From IMG/VR virus record IMGVR_UViG_2565956726_000008: a stretch of DNA of 64,000 nt. One strand, 5' to 3'. Below are positions 59,085 through 64,000 of the stretch, piece by piece. A program made the translations under genes and the position numbers. How positions within the stretch are numbered: position 1 is the stretch's first letter; each line of letters starts with the position of its first letter. The notes under the pieces were generated by a model. It was not told where the DNA came from and made no database searches. It worked only from the letters and a program-made list of their open reading frames with translations. This stretch comes from a virus. Taxonomy: Duplodnaviria; Heunggongvirae; Uroviricota; Caudoviricetes.

Positions 59085-59392
59085 CCGCCCAGCGGTGGTT
59101 ATCGGAGTTCGGGGGAGAAAGGGGGGAAAAGGCAAGATGGAAGCGAGAAAAACTCAGGTTGCCACCGATACCGGAACCAGAAATAGACCCGGTGCTTAAG
59201 GAATTGTTGTACGCCTATTCGGTAATATCCCGTGCCCGACGTTATGCTGGAATGACCGGGGTGCCTTTGCCTTTATCTCTGACAGAGATAAATGAATATT
59301 TAGCCACTCATCCGGTATTGATTGAGCGCGATGAGTTTGAAGCAGTGATCTTTGCACTGGATGACCAGTATTTTCAGGAGCAGTGTGTGTAG
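59048..59392 (+). CDS. T-domain reading frame of G-T fusion reached by -1 frameshift
   Basis: -1 frame is open from ~59048 through 59392 and overlaps the G 3' end; lambda G/GT analogy. Confidence 0.55.
   Translation, partial: RAAEAGYDKKAIAAQRWLSEFGGERGEKARWKREKLRLPPIPEPEIDPVLKELLYAYSVISRARRYAGMTGVPLPLSLTEINEYLATHPVLIERDEFEAVIFALDDQYFQEQCV
59072..59078 (+). other. programmed -1 ribosomal frameshift heptamer A_AAA_AAG
   Basis: Heptamer sits in the G frame as A AAA AAG, the same slippery sequence as in dnaX. Confidence 0.5.
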
Positions 59393-59555
59393 TTGTTAAT
59401 TACGTACACTCTGTTACAGAGATGTGATGGTGTCTTTAATTAAATCGATGATGCTCCTGGAGAAAAGCATTGCGTGGCCTCGTAATCGCTATATCTACTA
59501 TTATGTCGCCTGAAACCCACTTCGGTGGGCTTTTTGTTGTCTGGAGTTTTAATAA

Positions 59556-62500
59556 ATGGCAGAGCAAACCTCGCGTCTCGCAATAATTATTGATAGCACT
59601 GGAGCAAAAAATAATGCTGACAATCTGACCTCCTCATTAGTCAAAATGACGCAGGCCGGGGAAACTGCTGCAAATAGCGCAGGGAAAGTGACTAAGGCAA
59701 CAGAAGATGAGAAGAACGCGCTCGCAAAATTAAAAGCAGCTATTGATCCAGTTGGTGCCGCAATTGATACTGTCGGTCGACGCTATTCTGAATTAAAGAA
59801 ATTTTTCGATAAAGGGCTTATTGATAAAGAAGAATATGAATTTCTTGTCCGTAAACTTAATGAAACCACAGAGGAATTGAGCGGGGTTGCGCAAGCGCAG
59901 AGAGAAGCCGAGAAGGCCGGAAAACTTGCTGCCGCCCAGCAGGAAGCGCAGACTCAGGCCTTTCAAAGAATGCTGGACAAGATCGACCCTCTGGCTGCGG
60001 CGCTAAGAAATCTTGAACAACAGCAGGATGAACTTAATGCTGCGTTTGCATCCGGGAAAATAAATGGTTCTCAGTTTGAGAATTATAGCCGAAAAATACA
60101 GGAAACACGGCGAGAGCTTACCGGAGAGGCTCAGGCAGAGCGAGAAGCAGCAAAAGCGCATGATGAACAGGTTGCTGCTTTGCAACGTCTGATTGCTCAA
60201 CTTGACCCTGTCGGAACTGCTTTTAATCGTCTGGTAGAACAACAGAAACAGCTCAATGAAGCAAAAGCTAAGGGGATGCTCTCTCCTGAAATGTATGAGG
60301 AACTTTCTGGAAAACTTCGTGCTATGCGGAGTGAGCTTGAGGTTACTCAATCTCAATTAAGCAAAACCGGAATGTCGGCAAAACAAACGGCTTTTGCTAT
60401 GCGCATGTTGCCTGCACAAATGACGGATATTGTTGTTGGGTTGTCCACTGGTCAGTCGCCTTTTATGGTGTTAATGCAGCAGGGCGGCCAGCTAAAAGAT
60501 ATGTTCGGTGGGATTGGCCCGGCGATCAAAGGTGTTGGTTCTTATGTGCTGGGATTAATTAATCCTTTTACCCTGGCCGCAGCAGCCGTTGGCGTCTTAG
60601 GGCTGGCTTACTATAAAGGCTCTCAGGAGCAGGACGAATTTAATAAGTCTCTTATTCTTACCGGAAATCAGTTGGGGACAACCAGCGGGCAATTGGCCGA
60701 TATAGTTCAACGTGCCGGGAATGCGGCTGATTCGACAACTGGCGCTGCGGCGGCAGTATTAAACCAGCTTGTGCGTTCGGGAAAGGTAGCGAGCAGTTCG
60801 CTGGAGCAAGTGACGACAGCGATAGTAAAAACGAGCGAAGTAACAGGAATATCAACCGAACAACTGGTTAATGACTTCAATGAAATTGCAAAGGATCCTG
60901 TCAGTGCCATATCAAAACTTAATGATCAGTACCATTTTCTGACAATTGCGACTTATAACCAGATTAAGGCGCTACAGGATGAAGGGAACCAGCAGGAGGC
61001 CGCCCGCATTGCGACAGAAGCATACTCATCCTCAATGATCCAGCGCACCAACCAGATTAAAGAAAATCTTGGTTATCTTGAGACTGCATGGAAAGCTGTC
61101 GCAGACTCCGCAAAATGGGCATGGGATTCCATGCTGGATATTGGCCGTGAGGCCTCCCTTGATCAAAAAATCTCAGATGTTCTCCGTCAAATTGATGAAA
61201 TAGAAAAAAATACCCGACCCGGAGTTTTCGGGTTAGGTGGCATTGGAGATGGCGGAGCTCAAAATAAAAGGCTGGCACGATTAAAGCAGCAATTGGGCGT
61301 ACTTCAAGCAGAAAAAATTGCTCAGGACGTACTAAATTCATCAATAAACGATTACAACAAGCGACAACAGGAAGGAATTGAACTCAGACAGAGAGCAGAT
61401 GCCTTTTCAAAACAATATCAGACCCGGGAGCAGCAGAGAGCTAGTGAACTTGCAAAACTGGAAAAACTAAAGAGTCAGTATTCAAAGGAAGAATATAATA
61501 ATCTTATCGCTCAAATAAATGAGCGTTATAAAGATCCAAAGCAACCAAAGGCGAAAGGTTATTCGGATGATGCTGCCCAACGAATGATTGATCATCTGAA
61601 TCAACAGAATGCGTTACTAAGTTCACAAACTGAATTAACCGTTAAATTAAGTTCCTCTGAACAGGAACTGGTTAAGTGGCGTCAGCAGATTGCCGACCTG
61701 GAGTCACGACCGTCATCGAAATTAACCAAGGATCAGAAATCGCTTCTCTTACACCGGGAAGAAATAACCGCGTTGATGGAGAAAAATGTTGCGATTGAAA
61801 AAAATAACAGGCTAATCAAGGAATCCGCCGAAATAGCTGCATGGCGTGATTCATTGCAGGCTTCGATTGATAATCGTCAACAGGGGTATGATATTCAGAT
61901 TGCTGGTTATGGGGTTGGCGATAAAAATCAGCAACGCCAGCAGGAATTACTGCGGATTGAACGTGAATATAACAATCAGCGTCTGCAACTTGAACGTGAC
62001 TATGCAGATAAATCCCGTGGGATGTCAAATCATGTTTTTCAGGAGAAAATGCAGGCTCTGAATGATGCTCTGGAACGAGAAAAAGAAATTGTCAGACAGA
62101 AAAACGAGCAGCTCGATATTCAGGCAGGAGACTGGGTTAGTGGTGCCTCCCAGGGATTCAATAACTGGCTGGATGACACTAAGGATATCAGTGAGCAGAT
62201 AAAATCAACCACGACTCAGATGTTTGATGGAATGACCGATGCGCTGGGTGATTTTGTCACGACAGGCAAAGCAAATTTTCGTTCTTTCGCTACTTCCGTG
62301 ATTTCGGATCTTAGTCGAATAGCATTAAAGGCTTCAATTACTGGGATTTTCGACAGCATTAGTAACAGTTCTTCTGGGGGGATTTTAGGAACTATCGGGA
62401 GTGCTATTAGTAAATTTATTCCGAATGCAAAGGGCGGTGTTTATGAGTCTCCGTCATTGAACACGTATTCGAACGGTATTTATGATTCCCCGCAATTTTT

Positions 62501-62789
62501 TGCTTTTGCAAGAGGGGCTGGTGTTTTTGGTGAGGCTGGTCCGGAAGCCATTATGCCATTAACACGAACTTCCGATGGTTCTCTTGGTGTCAGAGCTGTT
62601 AATAGTAAAAGTGGTAATGGAGGCGGAGATATTACCTATGCCCCTGTATACCAAATCACTATTCAAAATGACGGCCAGAATGGAGAGATTGGCCCTCAGG
62701 CAATAAAAGCACTTATGGGGATGGTTGATCAGCGGGTGCAGGGCAATCTGTTAAATATGCGACGTGATGGGGGAATGTTAAGTGGCTAA
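59556..62789 (+). CDS. tail tape measure protein (prophage B)
   Basis: 1077 aa, alpha-helical, Gln/Ala-rich; followed directly by M. Confidence 0.85.
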   Translation: MAEQTSRLAIIIDSTGAKNNADNLTSSLVKMTQAGETAANSAGKVTKATEDEKNALAKLKAAIDPVGAAIDTVGRRYSELKKFFDKGLIDKEEYEFLVRKLNETTEELSGVAQAQREAEKAGKLAAAQQEAQTQAFQRMLDKIDPLAAALRNLEQQQDELNAAFASGKINGSQFENYSRKIQETRRELTGEAQAEREAAKAHDEQVAALQRLIAQLDPVGTAFNRLVEQQKQLNEAKAKGMLSPEMYEELSGKLRAMRSELEVTQSQLSKTGMSAKQTAFAMRMLPAQMTDIVVGLSTGQSPFMVLMQQGGQLKDMFGGIGPAIKGVGSYVLGLINPFTLAAAAVGVLGLAYYKGSQEQDEFNKSLILTGNQLGTTSGQLADIVQRAGNAADSTTGAAAAVLNQLVRSGKVASSSLEQVTTAIVKTSEVTGISTEQLVNDFNEIAKDPVSAISKLNDQYHFLTIATYNQIKALQDEGNQQEAARIATEAYSSSMIQRTNQIKENLGYLETAWKAVADSAKWAWDSMLDIGREASLDQKISDVLRQIDEIEKNTRPGVFGLGGIGDGGAQNKRLARLKQQLGVLQAEKIAQDVLNSSINDYNKRQQEGIELRQRADAFSKQYQTREQQRASELAKLEKLKSQYSKEEYNNLIAQINERYKDPKQPKAKGYSDDAAQRMIDHLNQQNALLSSQTELTVKLSSSEQELVKWRQQIADLESRPSSKLTKDQKSLLLHREEITALMEKNVAIEKNNRLIKESAEIAAWRDSLQASIDNRQQGYDIQIAGYGVGDKNQQRQQELLRIEREYNNQRLQLERDYADKSRGMSNHVFQEKMQALNDALEREKEIVRQKNEQLDIQAGDWVSGASQGFNNWLDDTKDISEQIKSTTTQMFDGMTDALGDFVTTGKANFRSFATSVISDLSRIALKASITGIFDSISNSSSGGILGTIGSAISKFIPNAKGGVYESPSLNTYSNGIYDSPQFFAFARGAGVFGEAGPEAIMPLTRTSDGSLGVRAVNSKSGNGGGDITYAPVYQITIQNDGQNGEIGPQAIKALMGMVDQRVQGNLLNMRRDGGMLSG

Positions 62790-63120
62790 TACGGAAGAAT
62801 TTCACTGGTTACCAGAGGATGGAATGAAAACAGAAAATAAACCATCGATAAAAACTGTAAGATTTGGCGATGGTTATGAGCAACGAAGTCCAAATGGACT
62901 TAATCATTCTCTGCGCGTTTTCACCTGTGATTTCAAAGTTGAGGCGAATGAACGTGATTCATTTGAAAAATTTTTAGCCCGGCATGAAGGCTATAAATCT
63001 TTTTTTTGGCGCCCGCCGGGTATTAACAGAAAAATCAGAGTGGTGTGTCGAACGTGGTCAGCGACAGAACATATCACCTATACCGATTTTTCGTGTCAGT
63101 TTGACGAAGTGGTGATCTGA
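62782..63120 (+). CDS. minor tail protein M (lambda gpM-like)
   Basis: 112 aa; FGDGYEQR motif. Confidence 0.85.
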   Translation: MANTEEFHWLPEDGMKTENKPSIKTVRFGDGYEQRSPNGLNHSLRVFTCDFKVEANERDSFEKFLARHEGYKSFFWRPPGINRKIRVVCRTWSATEHITYTDFSCQFDEVVI

Positions 63121-63818
63121 TGCAGGACATACAACAGGAAACACTGAATGAATGCATTCGTGCGGAGCAGTCGGCCAGCGTGGTGCTCTGGGAAATCGAC
63201 CTGACCGAGGTAGGCGGGGATCGCTACTTTTTCTGTAATGAGCAGAACGAAAAAGGTGAGTCTGTCACCTGGCAGAGTCGGCAGTATCAGGCCTATCCCA
63301 TTCAGGGGAGTGGATTTGAGATGAACGGCAAGGGCAGTGCTGCCCGTCCGACACTGGCGGTCTCTAACCTGCACGGCATGATCACCGGGATGGCGGAAGA
63401 TCTGCAGAGTCTGGTCGGCGGAACGGTGGTCCGGCGTAAGGTTTACGCCCGCTTTCTGGATGCGGTGAACTTCGTCAACGGAAACAGCGAAGCCGATCCG
63501 GAGCAGGAGGTGATCAGCCGCTGGCGCATCGAGCAGTGCAGCGAACTGAGCGCGGTCAGTGCCTCTTTTGTACTGTCCACGCCGACTGAAACGGATGGCG
63601 CTGTTTTTCCGGGACGTATCATGCTGGCCAACACCTGCACCTGGACCTATCGCGGCGATGAGTGCGGTTATAGCGGTCCGGCGGTCGCGGATGAATATGA
63701 CCAGCCGACGTCCGATATCACGAAGGATAAATGCAGCAAATGCCTGAGTGGCTGTAAGTTTCGCAATAATGTCGGCAACTTTGGCAGCTTCCTTTCCATT
63801 AACAAACTTTCGCAGTAA
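63120..63818 (+). CDS. minor tail protein L (lambda gpL-like)
   Basis: 232 aa, collinear with prophage A L and lambda L. Confidence 0.85.
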   Translation: MQDIQQETLNECIRAEQSASVVLWEIDLTEVGGDRYFFCNEQNEKGESVTWQSRQYQAYPIQGSGFEMNGKGSAARPTLAVSNLHGMITGMAEDLQSLVGGTVVRRKVYARFLDAVNFVNGNSEADPEQEVISRWRIEQCSELSAVSASFVLSTPTETDGAVFPGRIMLANTCTWTYRGDECGYSGPAVADEYDQPTSDITKDKCSKCLSGCKFRNNVGNFGSFLSINKLSQ

Positions 63819-63823
63819 ATCCC

Positions 63824-64000
63824 ATGACAGAGACAGAATCAGCGATTCTGGCGCACGCCCGGCGATGTGCGCCAGCGGAGTCGTGCGGCTTCGTGGTGAG
63901 AACGCCGGAGGAGGAAAGATATTTTCCCTGCGTGAATATCTCCGGTGAGCCGGAGGAGTATTTCCGGATGTCGCCGGAGGACTGGCTGAGTGCAGAAATG
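63824..64000 (+). CDS. tail assembly protein K, 3' end outside window
   Basis: Starts MTETESAILAHARRCAPAESCGFVV as in lambda K; runs off window. Confidence 0.75.
   Translation, partial: MTETESAILAHARRCAPAESCGFVVRTPEEERYFPCVNISGEPEEYFRMSPEDWLSAEM

Overview
Escherichia coli chromosomal window with a K-12-like zntB–fnrS–dbpA–ttcA backbone carrying two different lambdoid prophages. Prophage A (1 to ~21,730) is the head-to-tail structural half of a prophage with a lambda-like tail module (tape measure, M, L, K, I, J, tail fibre); every tail-gene junction carries inserted cargo genes, mostly on the opposite strand. Host genes zntB, FnrS sRNA, dbpA and ttcA follow (22,124–26,022). Prophage B (26,074–64,000) is an apparently intact Rac-type prophage integrated at ttcA: intR, xisR, ralR, recT, recE, racC, kilR, sieB, racR, ydaS/T/U/V, a Q-like antiterminator, a lambda-like S-R-Rz/Rz1 lysis cassette, trkG, a ParB-like nuclease, terminase, portal, capsid and tail genes up to K, which runs off the window. 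The strongest candidates for an undescribed system are: a reverse-oriented three-gene cassette between tail genes M and L; a toxin–antitoxin-like pair with a palindromic operator between tape measure and M; an outer-membrane lipoprotein pair between tail chaperone and tape measure; a membrane-protein moron between Q and the holin; and a ParB-nuclease plus DxD-motif protein pair ahead of the terminase. All identifications are from reading the translations and recalled family knowledge; no database search was run. Coordinates of features not anchored to the ORF track may be off by a few bases.
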